From the human T2T-CHM13v2.0 reference genome, Homo sapiens, in the NCBI RefSeq assembly GCF_009914755.1, contig NC_060948.1: 64,000 nucleotides of DNA. One strand, written 5' to 3'. Both the position numbers and the translations under genes were made by a program. Each line of letters starts with the position of its first letter. The first letter of the stretch is position 1. Positions 20,572 through 39,905 of the stretch are shown here, in pieces. The notes under the pieces are model-generated. The model was not told the origin of the DNA. It worked only from the letters and a program-made list of their open reading frames with translations, and searched no databases.

Positions 20572-22699
20572 AGATCCATATTTTTTAAATGAAAAAAAAT
20601 TTCAAAGGTACTCTGCTTGGTACAATAATCAAATGTATAAACTGAGGAATAAAACATAACCATGAAACCTACTTATAACTGCATATGGAAAATACAGAGG
20701 ATAATTTTTTAAATAACATATTTTGAAAGCCTTAACTAGTAATTTGAAGAGTTGGCATTTGAAAGGCCAGTATGAATATACCTTCAAAGCAGCAACACAG
20801 GTTCCCCATGAGAAAAAGCAAACACAGGGAAAATAAAAACACAAAGGTTCAATCTCTTCTGACCTTTGAAAGACACAGCACAGACAGTGGTCCTTAGGAC
20901 GAAGAGCAGGAGACCCCTAATTCCGTCACCATGGCGATAGGGCATAAACATTGCTGGGTGAGGGCACAATCCACATTGTGAGGTCCAACTGCTGCCAGGA
21001 AGACAGGAGTGCTTTTACATAGACCGAAAGGTCATTGAAGGCTCAGAGTTTTGTTTCAAGAACTGAATCCCAAGCCCACACGTTATTAGGCTGCGCTTCT
21101 TAAAACAAGTTATGAGATGGGAAAAAGGGCACCCACAAACATACGTATACATTATGTATATAATAATATACAGTATCATATATATAATATATATAACCTA
21201 TGTATAATATTGTTTTACATCCTGCATCTTATGTTATATATATTGTATAAAATATAATAATTGATAATATATAAGTTTTATAATTATACAATATGACATA
21301 TAGTATATATTATAATTTATGACATATATAATATATGTTATATATCATATATAGAATATATTATACGGTTAATATACGTATTAAATATAAATTATACATT
21401 ATATATATTATATATAATATATCTGTTATATATAATACCCATTATGCATAATATATATATTATGTCTATGTTATATATAGTATAAAACAACATATAATAA
21501 TATATAATTGTATATATAAAATGCGACATATAATATATATTATATTTTATAACATATGTAATATATATTATATATTATATATAATACGTTGTATGTATAA
21601 TACCTATATTAAATATATATTATATGACTATGTTATTAATTACATGTCACATGTGTTATATATTATATATTTTACATAGAATATACCGGTTACATGCAAT
21701 ATATACTATGTTACCGATAATGTATAATTTATTACATGTAAAATAAAGAATGCAATATATTATGTATAATTTATAATATACAATATGTGGAATGTGATAT
21801 ATATAACATATAATATATGATATATGATATACAGTATATGATATATAACATACAATATATGATTCCTAGTATATATGGTATACAATATATATTTTATGAT
21901 ATGTATTCTATATGTTTTATATTCTGTTATATATAACTATTTGAAATTATATATAACTGTATAATATTTTATGTAAATATGTAATATAATATATATAACT
22001 ATATAATATATTATATATAACTATATATTATGTTATATATACTTTTATAACATAATTTACATAAAATATCATAATATAATATATATTATATTATTTCATA
22101 TTACATAATATATATTACATATCACCCAATATAACTAACATACATAATATTATAATATAGATTATATTGTGTTATATTAAATATCATATATATCATGTAT
22201 CATATATTCTATAATATATATTACACATTATATAATATGTATGTTGTCTATTATATGATATATATAACTCTATATATAATTATATTTTTATACATATAAC
22301 TAGATAAACATGTAATTCTACATATTTTCATTTATAATATGTAGAATTATATAATCATATATAATTATTTATATTCTATAAAAAATTTTATCATTCTATA
22401 AATTATAATATATAAAAATTATAATATGTACTACAAATATATATATTATATATCATATATGATATAGTACCTTTGTTATATATCATAATACATATAAATG
22501 TGTATTATGTTATCTATAATTATATAATTTCATATATAAGATGTATAATATGTATCATATATTATATATGTTATGTAATATATATAGTATATATAAGATG
22601 ACACAGGATAAATATTATATACTATGACATATAAAATATATGAGGTTATATGTTACATATAAGGCATAGCACATAACATGTAATATATATCATATATAA

Positions 22700-22991
22700 T
22701 TTTTTTTTAGACAGAATCTTGTCCTGTTGCACAGGGTGGGGTACAATGGCGCCATCTTTGCTCACTGCAACTTCTGCCTCACGGGACCAAGCGATTGTCC
22801 TCCCTCAGCCTCCCAGGTAGCTGGGACTACACCACACTGGGACTACACCAGCTGCCACCATGCCTAGCTAATTTTTTGGATTTTTAGTAGTGACAGCATT
22901 TCACTGTATTGGCCAGGATGGTCTTGATCTCTTCACCTTGTGATCCCCTTGCCTTGGCCTCCAAATTTGCTGGGATTACAGGCCTGAGCCA
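22700..22991 (-). mobile_element. Alu in DYZ2 unit (copy 10)
   Basis: Same Alu sequence, acgggacc variant. Confidence 0.93.
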
Positions 22992-25119
22992 AGATCCATA
23001 TTTTTTAAATGAAAAAAAATTTCAAAGGTACTCTGCTTGGTACAATAATCAAATGTATAAACTGAGGAATAAAACATAACCATGAAACCTACTTATAACT
23101 GCATATGGAAAATACAGAGGATAATTTTTTAAATAACATATTTTGAAAGCCTTAACTAGTAATTTGAAGAGTTGGCATTTGAAAGGCCAGTATGAATATA
23201 CCTTCAAAGCAGCAACACAGGTTCCCCATGAGAAAAAGCAAACACAGAGAAAATAAAAACACAAAGGTTCAATCTCTTCAGACCTTTGAAAGACACAGCA
23301 CAGACAGTGGTCCTTAGGACGAAGAGCAGGAGACCCCTAATTCCGTCACCATGGCGATAGGGCATAAACATTGCTGGGTGAGGGCACAATCCACATTGTG
23401 AGGTCCAACTGCTGCCAGGAAGACAGGAGTGCTTTTACATAGACCGAAAGGTCATTGAAGGCTCAGAGTTTTGTTTCAAGAACTGAATCCCAAGCCCACA
23501 CGTTATTAGGCTGCGCTTCTTAAAACAAGTTATGAGATGGGAAAAAGGGCACCCACAAACATACGTATACATTATGTATATAATAATATACAGTGTCATA
23601 TATATAATATATATAACCTATGTATAATATTGTTTTACATCCTGCATCTTATGTTATATATATTGTATAAAATATAATAATTGATAATATATAAGTTTTA
23701 TAATTATACAATATGACATATAGTATATATTATAATTTATGACATATATAATATATGTTATATATCATATATAGAATATATTATACGGTTAATATACGTA
23801 TTAAATATAAATTATACATTATATATATTATATATAATATATCTGTTATATATAATACCCATTATGCATAATATATATATTATGTCTATGTTATATATAG
23901 TATAAAACAACATATAATAATATATAATTGTATATATAAAATGCGACATATAATATATATTATATTTTATAACATATGTAATATATATTATATATTATAT
24001 ATAATACGTTGTATGTATAATACCTATATTAAATATATATTATATGACTATGTTATTAATTACATGTCACATGTGTTATATATTATATATTTTACATAGA
24101 ATATACCGGTTACATGCAATATATACTATGTTACCTATAATGTATAATTTATTACATGTAAAATAAAGAATGCAATATATTATGTATAATTTATAATATA
24201 CAATATGTGGAATGTGATATATATAACATATAATATATGATATATGATATACAGTATATGATATATAACATACAATATATGATTCCTAGTATATATGGTA
24301 TACAATATATATTTTATGATATGTATTCTATATGTTTTATATTCTGTTATATATAACTATTTGAAATTATATATAACTGTATAATATTTTATGTAAATAT
24401 GTAATATAATATATATAACTATATAATATATTATATATAACTATATATTATGTTATATATACTTTTATAACATAATTTACATAAAATATCATAATATAAT
24501 ATATATTATATTATTTCATATTACATAATATATATTACATATCACCCAATATAACTAACATACATAATATTATAATATAGATTATATTGTGTTATATTAA
24601 ATATCATATATATCATGTATCATATATTCTATAATATATATTACACATTATATAATATGTATGTTTTCTATTATGTGATATATATAACTATATATATAAT
24701 TATATTTTTATACATATAACTAGATAAACATGTAATTCTACATATTTTCATTTATAATATGTAGAATTATATAATCATATATAATTATTTATATTCTATA
24801 AAAAATTTTATCATTATATAAATTATAATATATAAAAATTATAATATGTACTACAAATATATATATTATATATCATATATGATATAGTACCTTTGTTATA
24901 TATCATAATACATATAAATGTGTATTATGTTATCTATAATTATATAATTTCATATATAAGATGTATAATATGTATCATATATTATATATGTTATGTAATA
25001 TATATAGTATATATAAGATGACACAGGATAAATATTATATACTATGACATATAAAATATATGAGGTTATATGTTACATATAAGGCATAGCACATAAAATG
25101 TAATATATATCATATATAA

Positions 25120-25411
25120 TTTTTTTTTAGACAGAATCTTGTCCTGTTGCACAGGGTGGGGTACAATGGCGCCATCTTTGCTCACTGCAACTTCTGCCTC
25201 TTGGGACCAAGCGATTGTCCTCCCTCAGCCTCCCAGGTAGCTGGGACTACACCACACTGGGACTACACCAGCTGCCACCATGCCTAGCTAATTTTTTGGA
25301 TTTTTAGTAGTGACAGCGTTTCACTGTATTGGCCAGGATGGTCTTGATCTCTTCACCTTGTGATCCCCTTGCCTTGGCCTCCAAATTTGCTGGGATTACA
25401 GGCCTGAGCCA
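25120..25411 (-). mobile_element. Alu in DYZ2 unit (copy 11)
   Basis: Same Alu sequence, cctcttgggacc variant. Confidence 0.93.
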
Positions 25412-27532
25412 AGATCCATATTTTTTAAATGAAAAAAAATTTCAAAGGTACTCTGCTTGGTACAATAATCAAATGTATAAACTGAGGAATAAAACATAAC
25501 CATGAAACCTACTTATAACTGCATATGGAAAATACAGAGGATAATTTTTTAAATAACATATTTTGAAAGCCTTAACTAGTAATTTGAAGAGTTGGCATTT
25601 GAAAGGCCAGTATGAATATACCTTCAAAGCAGCAACACAGGTTCCCCATGAGAAAAAGCAAACACAGGGAAAATAAAAACACAAAGGTTCAATCTCTTCT
25701 GACCTTTGAAAGACACAGCACAGACAGTGGTCCTTAGGACGAAGAGCAGGAGACCCCTAATTCCGTCACCATGGCGATAGGGCATAAACATTGCTGGGTG
25801 AGGGCACAATCCACATTGTGAGGTCCAACTGCTGCCAGGAAGACAGGAGTGCTTTTACATAGACCGAAAGGTCATTGAAGGCTCAGAGTTTTGTTTCAAG
25901 AACTGAATCCCAAGCCCACACGTTATTAGGCTGCGCTTCTTAAAACAAGTTATGAGATGGGAAAAAGGGCACCCACAAACATACGTATACATTATGTATA
26001 TAATAATATACAGTGTCATATATATAATATATATAACCTATGTATAATATTGTTTTACATCCTGCATCTTATGTTATATATATTGTATAAAATATAATAA
26101 TTGATAATATATAAGTTTTATAATTATACAATATGACATATAGTATATATTATAATTTATGACATATATAATATATGTTTTATGTCATATATAGAATATA
26201 TTATACGGTTAATATACGTATTAAATATAAATTATACATTATATATATTATATATAATATATCTATTATATATAATACACATTATGCATAATATATATAT
26301 TATGTCTATGTTATATATAGTATAAAACAACATATAATAATATATAATTGTATATATAAAATGCGACATATAATATATATTATATTTTATAACATATGTA
26401 ATATATATTATATATAATACGTTGTATGTATAATACCTATATTAAATATATATTATATGACTATGTTATTAATTACATGTCACATGTGTTATATATTATA
26501 TATTTTACATAGAATATACCGGTTACATACAATATATACTATGTTACCTATAATGTATAATTTATTACATGTAAAATAAAGAATGCAATATATTATGTAT
26601 AATTTATAATATACAATATGTGGAATGTGATATATATAACATATAATATATGATATATGATATACAGTATATGATATATAACATACAATATATGATTCCT
26701 AATATATATGATATACAATATATATTTTATGATATGTATTCTATATGTTTTATATTCTGTTATATATAACTATTTGAAATTATATATAACTGTATAATAT
26801 TTTATGTAAATATGTAATATAATATATATAACTATATAATATATTATATATAACTATATATTATGTTATATATACTTTTATAACATAATTTACATAAAAT
26901 ATCACAATATAATATATATTATATTATTTCATATTACATAATATATATTACATATCACCCAATATAACTAACATACATAATATTATAATATAGATTATAT
27001 TCTGTTATATTAAATATCATATATATCATGTATCATATATTCTATAATATATATTACACATTATATAATATGTATGTTGTCTATTATGTGATATATATAA
27101 CTATATATATAATTATATTTTTATACATATAACTAGATAAACATGTAATTCTACATATTTTCATTTATAATATGTAGAATTATATAATCATATATAATTA
27201 TTTATATTCTATAAAAAATTTTATCATTGTATAAATTATAATATATAAAAATTATAATATGTACTACAAATATATATATTATATATCATATATGGTATAG
27301 TACCTTTGTTATATATCATAATACATATAAATGTGTATTATGTTATCTATAATTATATAATTTCATATATAAGATGTATAATATGTATCATATATTATAT
27401 ATGTTATGTAATATATATAGTATATATAAGATGACACAGGATAAATATTATATACTATGACATATAAAATATATGAGGTTATATGTTACATATAAGGCAT
27501 AGCACATAACATGTAATATATATCATATATAA

Positions 27533-27824
27533 TTTTTTTTTAGACAGAATCTTGTACTGTTGCACAGGGTGGGGTACAATGGCGCCATCTTTGCTCACTG
27601 TAACTTCTGCCTCACGGGTCCAAGGGATTGTCCTCCCTCAGCCTCCCAGGTAGCTGGGACTACACCACACTGGGACTACACCAGCTGCCACCATGCCTAG
27701 CTAATTTTTTGGATTTTTAGTAGTGACAGCGTTTCACTGTATTGGCCAGGATGGTCTTGATCTCTTCACCTTGTGATCCCCTTGCCTTGGCCTCCAAATT
27801 TGCTGGGATTACAGGCCTGAGCCA
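27533..27824 (-). mobile_element. Alu in DYZ2 unit (copy 12)
   Basis: Same Alu sequence, tgtactg/tgtaact/aagggatt variants. Confidence 0.93.
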
Positions 27825-29918
27825 AGATCCATATTTTTTAAATGAAAAAAAATTTCAAAGGTACTCTGCTTGGTACAATAATCAAATGTATAAACTGAGG
27901 AATAAAACATAACCATGAAACCTACTTATAACTGCATATGGAAAATACAGAGGATAATTTTTTAAATAACATATTTTGAAAGCCTTAACTAGTAATTTGA
28001 AGAGTTGGCATTTGAAAGGCCAGTATGAATATACCTTCAAAGCAGCAACACAGGTTCCCCATGAGAAACAGCAAACTCAGGGAAAATAAAACCACAAAGG
28101 TTCAAGCTCTTCTGACCTTTGAAAGACACAGCACAGACAGTGGTCCTTAGGACGAAGAGCAGGAGACCCCTAATTCCGTCACCATGGCGATAGGGCATAA
28201 ACATTGCTGGGTGAGGGCACAATCCACATTGTGAGGTCCAACTGCTGCCAGGAAGACAGGAGTGCTTTTACATAGACCGAAAGGTCATTGAAGGCTCAGA
28301 GTTTTGTTTCAAGAACTGAATCCCAAGCCCACACGTTATTAGGCTGCGCTTCTTAAAACATGTTATGAGATGGGAAAAAGGGCACCCACAAACATACGTA
28401 TACATTATGTATATAATAATATACAGTATCATATATATAATATATATAACCTATGTATAATATTGTTTTACATCCTGCATCTTATATTATATATATTGTC
28501 TAAAATATAATAATTGATAATATATAAATTTTATATTTATACAATATGACATATAGTATATATTATAATTTATGACATATATAATATATGTTATATATCA
28601 TATATAGAATATATTATACGGTTAATATACGTATTAAATATAAATTATACATTATATATATTATATATAATATATCTGTTATATATAATACCCATTATGC
28701 AAAATATGTATATTATGTCTATGTTATATATAGTATAAAACAACATATAATAATATATAATTGTATATATAAAATGCGACATATAATATATATTATATTT
28801 TATGACATATGTAATATATATTATATATTATATATAATACGTTGTATGTATAATACCTATATTAAATATATATTATATGACTATGTTATTAATTACATGT
28901 CACATGTGTTATATATTATATATTTTACATAGAATATACCGGTTACATACAATATATACTATGTTACCTATAATGTATAATTGATTACATGTAAAATAAA
29001 GAATGCAATATATTATGTATAATTTATAATATACAATATGTGGAATGAGATATATATAACATATAATATATGATATATGATATACAGTATATGATATATA
29101 ACATACAATATATGATACCTAGTATATATGGTATACAATATATATTTTATGATATGTATTCTATATGTTTTATATTCTGTTATATATAACTATTTGAAAT
29201 TATATATAACTGTATAATATTTTATGTAAATATGTAATATAATATATATAACTATATAATATGTTATATATAACTATATATTATGTTATATATACTTTTA
29301 TATCATAATTTACATAAAATGTCATAATATAATACATATTATATTATTTCATATTACATAATATATATTACATATCACCCAATATAAGTAACATACATAA
29401 TATTATAATATAGATTATATTATGTTATGTTAAATATCATATATATCATGTATCATATATTCTATAATATATATTATACATTATATAATATGTATGTTGT
29501 CTATTATGTGATATATATAACTATATATTATTATATTATTATACATATAACTAGATAAACATGTAATTCTACATATTTTCATTTATAATATATAGAATTC
29601 TATAATCATATATAATTATTTATATTCTATAAAAAATTATATCATTATATAAATTATAATATAAAAAAATTATAATATGTACTACAAATATATATATTAT
29701 ATATCATATATGATATAGTACCTTTTTTATATATCACAATACATATAAATGTGTATTATGTTATCTATAATTATATAATTTCATATATAAGATGTATAAT
29801 ATGTATTATATATTGTATATGTTATGTAATATATATAGTATATAAGCTGACACAGGATAAATATTATATACTATGACATATAAAATATATGAGGTTATAT
29901 GTTACATATAAGGCATAG

Positions 29919-30239
<321 letters not shown>

Positions 30240-32351
30240 AGATCCATATTTTTTAAATGAAAAAAAATTTCAAAGGTACTCTGCTTGGTACAATAATCAA
30301 ATGTATAAACTGAGGAATAAAACATAACCATGAAACCTACTTATAACTGCATATGGAAAATACAGAGGATAATTTTTTAAATAACATATTTTGAAAGCCT
30401 TAACTAGTAATTTGAAGAGTTGGCATTTGAAAGGCCAGTATGAATATACCTTCAAAGCAGCAACACAGGTTCCCCATGAGAAACAGCAAACTCAGGGAAA
30501 ATAAAACCACAAAGGTTCAATCTCTTCTGACCTTTGAAAGACACAGCACAGACAGTGGTCCTTAGGACGAAGAGCAGGAGACCCCTAATTCCGTCACCAT
30601 GGCGATAGGGCATAAACATTGCTGGGTGAGGGCACAATCCACATTGTGAGGTCCAACTGCTGCCAGGAAGACAGGAGTGCTTTTACATAGACCGAAAGGT
30701 CATTGAAGGCTCAGAGTTTTGTTTCAAGAACTGAATCCCAAGCCCACACGTTATTAGGCTGTGCTTCTTAAAACAAGTTATGAGATGGGAAAAAGGGCAC
30801 CCACAAACATACGTATACATTATGTATATAATAATATACAGTATCATATATAAAATATATATAACCTATGTATAATATTGTTTTACATCCTGCATCTTAT
30901 ATTATATATATTGTATAAAATATAATAATTGATAATATATAAGTTTTATATTTATACAATATGACATATAGTATATATTATACTTTATGACATATATAAT
31001 ATATGTTATATATCATATATAGAATATATTATACGGTTAATATCCGTATTAAATATAAATTATACATTATATATATTATATAAAATATATCTGTTATATA
31101 TAATACCCATTATGCATAATATATATATTATGTCTATGTTATATATAGTATAAAACAACATATAATAATATATAATTGTATATATAAAATGCGACATATA
31201 ATATATATTATATTTTATGACATATGTAATATATATTATATATTATATATAATACGTTGTATGTATAATACCTATATTAAATATATATTATATGACTATG
31301 TTATTAATTACATGTCACATATGTTATATATTACATATTTTACATAGAATATACCGGTTACATGCAATATATACTATGTTACCTATAATGTATAATTGAT
31401 TACATGTAAAATAAAGAATGCAATATATTATGTATAATTTATAATATACAATATGTGGAATGTGATATATATAACATATAATATATGATATATGATATAC
31501 AGTATATGATATATAACATAAAATATATGATACCTAATATATATGGTATACAATATATATTTTATGATATGTATTCTATATGTTTTATATTCTGTTATAT
31601 ATAACTATTTGAAATTATATATAACTGTATAATATTTTATGCAAATATGTAATATAATATATATAACTATATAATATATTATATATAACTATATATTATG
31701 TTATATATACTTTTATAACATAATTTACATTAAATATCATAATATAATATATATTATATTATTTCACATTACATAATATATATTACATATCACCCAATAT
31801 AAGTAACATACATAATATTATAATATAGATTATATTATGTTATATTAAATATCATATATATCATGTATCATATATTCTATAATATATATTACACATTATA
31901 TAATATGTATGTTGTCTATTATGTGATATATATAACTATACATATAATTATATTATTATATATATAACTAGATAAACATGTAATTCCACATATTTTCATT
32001 TATAATATATAGAATTATTTAATCATATATAATTATTTATATTCTATAAAAAATTATATCGTTATATAAATTATAATATAAAAAAATTATAATATGTACT
32101 ACAAATATATATATTATATATCATATATGATATAGTACCTTTGTTATATATCATAATACATATAAATGTGTATTATGTTATCTATAATTATATAATTTCA
32201 TATATAAGATGTATAATAGGTATTATATATTGTATATGTTATGTAATATATATAGTATATATAAGCTGACACAGGATAAATATTATATACTATGACATAT
32301 AAAATATATGAGGTTATATGTTACATATAAGGCATAGCACATAACATGTAA

Positions 32352-32658
<307 letters not shown>

Positions 32659-34779
32659 AGATCCATATTTTTTAAATGAAAAAAAATTTCAAAGGTACTC
32701 TGCTTGGTACAATAATCAAATGTATAAACTGAGGAATAAAACATAACCATGAAACCTACTTATAACTGCATATGGAAAATACAGAGGATAATTTTTTAAA
32801 TAACATATTTTGAAAGCCTTAACTAGTAATTTGAAGAGTTGGCATTTGAAAGGCCAGTATGAATATACCTTCAAAGCAGCAACACAGGTTCCCCATGAGA
32901 AAAAGCAAACACAGGGAAAATAAAAACACAAAGGTTCAATCTCTTCTGACCTTTGAAAGACACAGCACAGACAGTGGTCCTTAGGACGAAGAGCAGGAGA
33001 CCCCTAATTCCGTCACCATGGCGATAGGGCATAAACATTGCTGGGTGAGGGCACAATCCACATTGTGAGGTCCAACTGCTGCCAGGAAGACAGGAGTGCT
33101 TTTACATAGACCGAAAGGTCATTGAAGGCTCAGAGTTTTGTTTCAAGAACTGAATCCCAAGCCCACACGTTATTAGGCTGCGCTTCTTAAAACAAGTTAT
33201 GAGATGGGAAAAAGGGCACCCACAAACATACGTATACATTATGTATATAATAATATACAGTGTCATATATATAATATATATAACCTATGTATAATATTGT
33301 TTTACATCCTGCATCTTATGTTATATATATTGTATAAAATATAATAATTGATAATATATAAGTTTTATAATTATACAATATGACATATAGTATATATTAT
33401 AATTTATGACATATATAATATATGTTTTATGTCATATATAGAATATATTATACGGTTAATATACGTATTAAATATAAATTATACATTATATATATTATAT
33501 ATAATATATCTATTATATATAATACACATTATGCATAATATATATATTATGTCTATGTTATATATAGTATAAAACAACATATAATAATATATAATTGTAT
33601 ATATAAAATGCGACATATAATATATATTATATTTTATAACATATGTAATATATATTATATATAATACGTTGTATGTATAATACCTATATTAAATATATAT
33701 TATATGACTATGTTATTAATTACATGTCACATGTGTTATATATTATATATTTTACATAGAATATACCGGTTACATACAATATATACTATGTTACCTATAA
33801 TGTATAATTTATTACATGTAAAATAAAGAATGCAATATATTATGTATAATTTATAATATACAATATGTGGAATGTGATATATATAACATATAATATATGA
33901 TATATGATATACAGTATATGATATATAACATACAATATATGATTCCTAATATATATGATATACAATATATATTTTATGATATGTATTCTATATGTTTTAT
34001 ATTCTGTTATATATAACTATTTGAAATTATATATAACTGTATAATATTTTATGTAAATATGTAATATAATATATATAACTATATAATATATTATATATAA
34101 CTATATATTATGTTATATATACTTTTATAACATAATTTACATAAAATATCACAATATAATATATATTATATTATTTCATATTACATAATATATATTACAT
34201 ATCACCCAATATAACTAACATACATAATATTATAATATAGATTATATTCTGTTATATTAAATATCATATATATCATGTATCATATATTCTATAATATATA
34301 TTACACATTATATAATATGTATGTTGTCTATTATGTGATATATATAACTATATATATAATTATATTTTTATACATATAACTAGATAAACATGTAATTCTA
34401 CATATTTTCATTTATAATATGTAGAATTATATAATCATATATAATTATTTATATTCTATAAAAAATTTTATCATTGTATAAATTATAATATATAAAAATT
34501 ATAATATGTACTACAAATATATATATTATATATCATATATGGTATAGTACCTTTGTTATATATCATAATACATATAAATGTGTATTATGTTATCTATAAT
34601 TATATAATTTCATATATAAGATGTATAATATGTATCATATATTATATATGTTATGTAATATATATAGTATATATAAGATGACACAGGATAAATATTATAT
34701 ACTATGACATATAAAATATATGAGGTTATATGTTACATATAAGGCATAGCACATAACATGTAATATATATCATATATAA

Positions 34780-35071
34780 TTTTTTTTTAGACAGAATCTT
34801 GTACTGTTGCACAGGGTGGGGTACAATGGCGCCATCTTTGCTCACTGTAACTTCTGCCTCACGGGTCCAAGGGATTGTCCTCCCTCAGCCTCCCAGGTAG
34901 CTGGGACTACACCACACTGGGACTACACCAGCTGCCACCATGCCTAGCTAATTTTTTGGATTTTTAGTAGTGACAGCGTTTCACTGTATTGGCCAGGATG
35001 GTCTTGATCTCTTCACCTTGTGATCCCCTTGCCTTGGCCTCCAAATTTGCTGGGATTACAGGCCTGAGCCA
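34780..35071 (-). mobile_element. Alu in DYZ2 unit (copy 15)
   Basis: Carries the copy-12 private variants. Confidence 0.93.
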
Positions 35072-37165
35072 AGATCCATATTTTTTAAATGAAAAAAAAT
35101 TTCAAAGGTACTCTGCTTGGTACAATAATCAAATGTATAAACTGAGGAATAAAACATAACCATGAAACCTACTTATAACTGCATATGGAAAATACAGAGG
35201 ATAATTTTTTAAATAACATATTTTGAAAGCCTTAACTAGTAATTTGAAGAGTTGGCATTTGAAAGGCCAGTATGAATATACCTTCAAAGCAGCAACACAG
35301 GTTCCCCATGAGAAACAGCAAACTCAGGGAAAATAAAACCACAAAGGTTCAAGCTCTTCTGACCTTTGAAAGACACAGCACAGACAGTGGTCCTTAGGAC
35401 GAAGAGCAGGAGACCCCTAATTCCGTCACCATGGCGATAGGGCATAAACATTGCTGGGTGAGGGCACAATCCACATTGTGAGGTCCAACTGCTGCCAGGA
35501 AGACAGGAGTGCTTTTACATAGACCGAAAGGTCATTGAAGGCTCAGAGTTTTGTTTCAAGAACTGAATCCCAAGCCCACACGTTATTAGGCTGCGCTTCT
35601 TAAAACATGTTATGAGATGGGAAAAAGGGCACCCACAAACATACGTATACATTATGTATATAATAATATACAGTATCATATATATAATATATATAACCTA
35701 TGTATAATATTGTTTTACATCCTGCATCTTATATTATATATATTGTCTAAAATATAATAATTGATAATATATAAGTTTTATATTTATACAATATGACATA
35801 TAGTATATATTATAATTTATGACATATATAATATATGTTATATATCATATATAGAATATATTATACGGTTAATATACGTATTAAATATAAATTATACATT
35901 ATATATATTATATATAATATATCTGTTATATATAATACCCATTATGCAAAATATGTATATTATGTCTATGTTATATATAGTATAAAACAACATATAATAA
36001 TATATAATTGTATATATAAAATGCGACATATAATATATATTATATTTTATGACATATGTAATATATATTATATATTATATATAATACGTTGTATGTATAA
36101 TACCTATATTAAATATATATTATATGACTATGTTATTAATTACATGTCACATGTGTTATATATTATATATTTTACATAGAATATACCGGTTACATACAAT
36201 ATATACTATGTTACCTATAATGTATAATTGATTACATGTAAAATAAAGAATGCAATATATTATGTATAATTTATAATATACAATATGTGGAATGAGATAT
36301 ATATAACATATAATATATGATATATGATATACAGTATATGATATATAACATACAATATATGATACCTAGTATATATGGTATACAATATATATTTTATGAT
36401 ATGTATTCTATATGTTTTATATTCTGTTATATATAACTATTTGAAATTATATATAACTGTATAATATTTTATGTAAATATGTAATATAATATATATAACT
36501 ATATAATATGTTATATATAACTATATATTATGTTATATATACTTTTATATCATAATTTACATAAAATGTCATAATATAATACATATTATATTATTTCATA
36601 TTACATAATATATATTACATATCACCCAATATAAGTAACATACATAATATTATAATATAGATTATATTATGTTATGTTAAATATCATATATATCATGTAT
36701 CATATATTCTATAATATATATTATACATTATATAATATGTATGTTGTCTATTATGTGATATATATAACTATATATTATTATATTATTATACATATAACTA
36801 GATAAACATGTAATTCTACATATTTTCATTTATAATATATAGAATTCTATAATCATATATAATTATTTATATTCTATAAAAAATTATATCATTATATAAA
36901 TTATAATATAAAAAAATTATAATATGTACTACAAATATATATATTATATATCATATATGATATAGTACCTTTTTTATATATCACAATACATATAAATGTG
37001 TATTATGTTATCTATAATTATATAATTTCATATATAAGATGTATAATATGTATTATATATTGTATATGTTATGTAATATATATAGTATATAAGCTGACAC
37101 AGGATAAATATTATATACTATGACATATAAAATATATGAGGTTATATGTTACATATAAGGCATAG

Positions 37166-37486
<321 letters not shown>

Positions 37487-39584
37487 AGATCCATATTTTT
37501 TAAATGAAAAAAAATTTCAAAGGTACTCTGCTTGGTACAATAATCAAATGTATAAACTGAGGAATAAAACATAACCATGAAACCTACTTATAACTGCATA
37601 TGGAAAATACAGAGGATAATTTTTTAAATAACATATTTTGAAAGCCTTAACTAGTAATTTGAAGAGTTGGCATTTGAAAGGCCAGTATGAATATACCTTC
37701 AAAGCAGCAACACAGGTTCCCCATGAGAAACAGCAAACTCAGGGAAAATAAAACCACAAAGGTTCAATCTCTTCTGACCTTTGAAAGACACAGCACAGAC
37801 AGTGGTCCTTAGGACGAAGAGCAGGAGACCCCTAATTCCGTCACCATGGCGATAGGGCATAAACATTGCTGGGTGAGGGCACAATCCACATTGTGAGGTC
37901 CAACTGCTGCCAGGAAGACAGGAGTGCTTTTACATAGACCGAAAGGTCATTGAAGGCTCAGAGTTTTGTTTCAAGAACTGAATCCCAAGCCCACACGTTA
38001 TTAGGCTGTGCTTCTTAAAACAAGTTATGAGATGGGAAAAAGGGCACCCACAAACATACGTATACATTATGTATATAATAATATACAGTATCATATATAA
38101 AATATATATAACCTATGTATAATATTGTTTTACATCCTGCATCTTATATTATATATATTGTATAAAATATAATAATTGATAATATATAAGTTTTATATTT
38201 ATACAATATGACATATAGTATATATTATACTTTATGACATATATAATATATGTTATATATCATATATAGAATATATTATACGGTTAATATCCGTATTAAA
38301 TATAAATTATACATTATATATATTATATAAAATATATCTGTTATATATAATACCCATTATGCATAATATATATATTATGTCTATGTTATATATAGTATAA
38401 AACAACATATAATAATATATAATTGTATATATAAAATGCGACATATAATATATATTATATTTTATGACATATGTAATATATATTATATATTATATATAAT
38501 ACGTTGTATGTATAATACCTATATTAAATATATATTATATGACTATGTTATTAATTACATGTCACATATGTTATATATTACATATTTTACATAGAATATA
38601 CCGGTTACATGCAATATATACTATGTTACCTATAATGTATAATTGATTACATGTAAAATAAAGAATGCAATATATTATGTATAATTTATAATATACAATA
38701 TGTGGAATGTGATATATATAACATATAATATATGATATATGATATACAGTATATGATATATAACATAAAATATATGATACCTAATATATATGGTATACAA
38801 TATATATTTTATGATATGTATTCTATATGTTTTATATTCTGTTATATATAACTATTTGAAATTATATATAACTGTATAATATTTTATGCAAATATGTAAT
38901 ATAATATATATAACTATATAATATATTATATATAACTATATATTATGTTATATATACTTTTATAACATAATTTACATTAAATATCATAATATAATATATA
39001 TTATATTATTTCACATTACATAATATATATTACATATCACCCAATATAAGTAACATACATAATATTATAATATAGATTATATTATGTTATATTAAATATC
39101 ATATATATCATGTATCATATATTCTATAATATATATTACACATTATATAATATGTATGTTGTCTATTATGTGATATATATAACTATACATATAATTATAT
39201 TATTATATATATAACTAGATAAACATGTAATTCCACATATTTTCATTTATAATATATAGAATTATTTAATCATATATAATTATTTATATTCTATAAAAAA
39301 TTATATCGTTATATAAATTATAATATAAAAAAATTATAATATGTACTACAAATATATATATTATATATCATATATGATATAGTACCTTTGTTATATATCA
39401 TAATACATATAAATGTGTATTATGTTATCTATAATTATATAATTTCATATATAAGATGTATAATAGGTATTATATATTGTATATGTTATGTAATATATAT
39501 AGTATATATAAGCTGACACAGGATAAATATTATATACTATGACATATAAAATATATGAGGTTATATGTTACATATAAGGCATAG

Positions 39585-39905
<321 letters not shown>

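Noticed and set aside
28588-28932. 114-aa plus-strand ORF (also 35835-36179, and shorter ones at 4322 and 14034)
   Set aside because: Ile/Tyr/Asn-rich translation of TA-rich simple sequence, opened by chance loss of stops. Useful only as a duplication marker.
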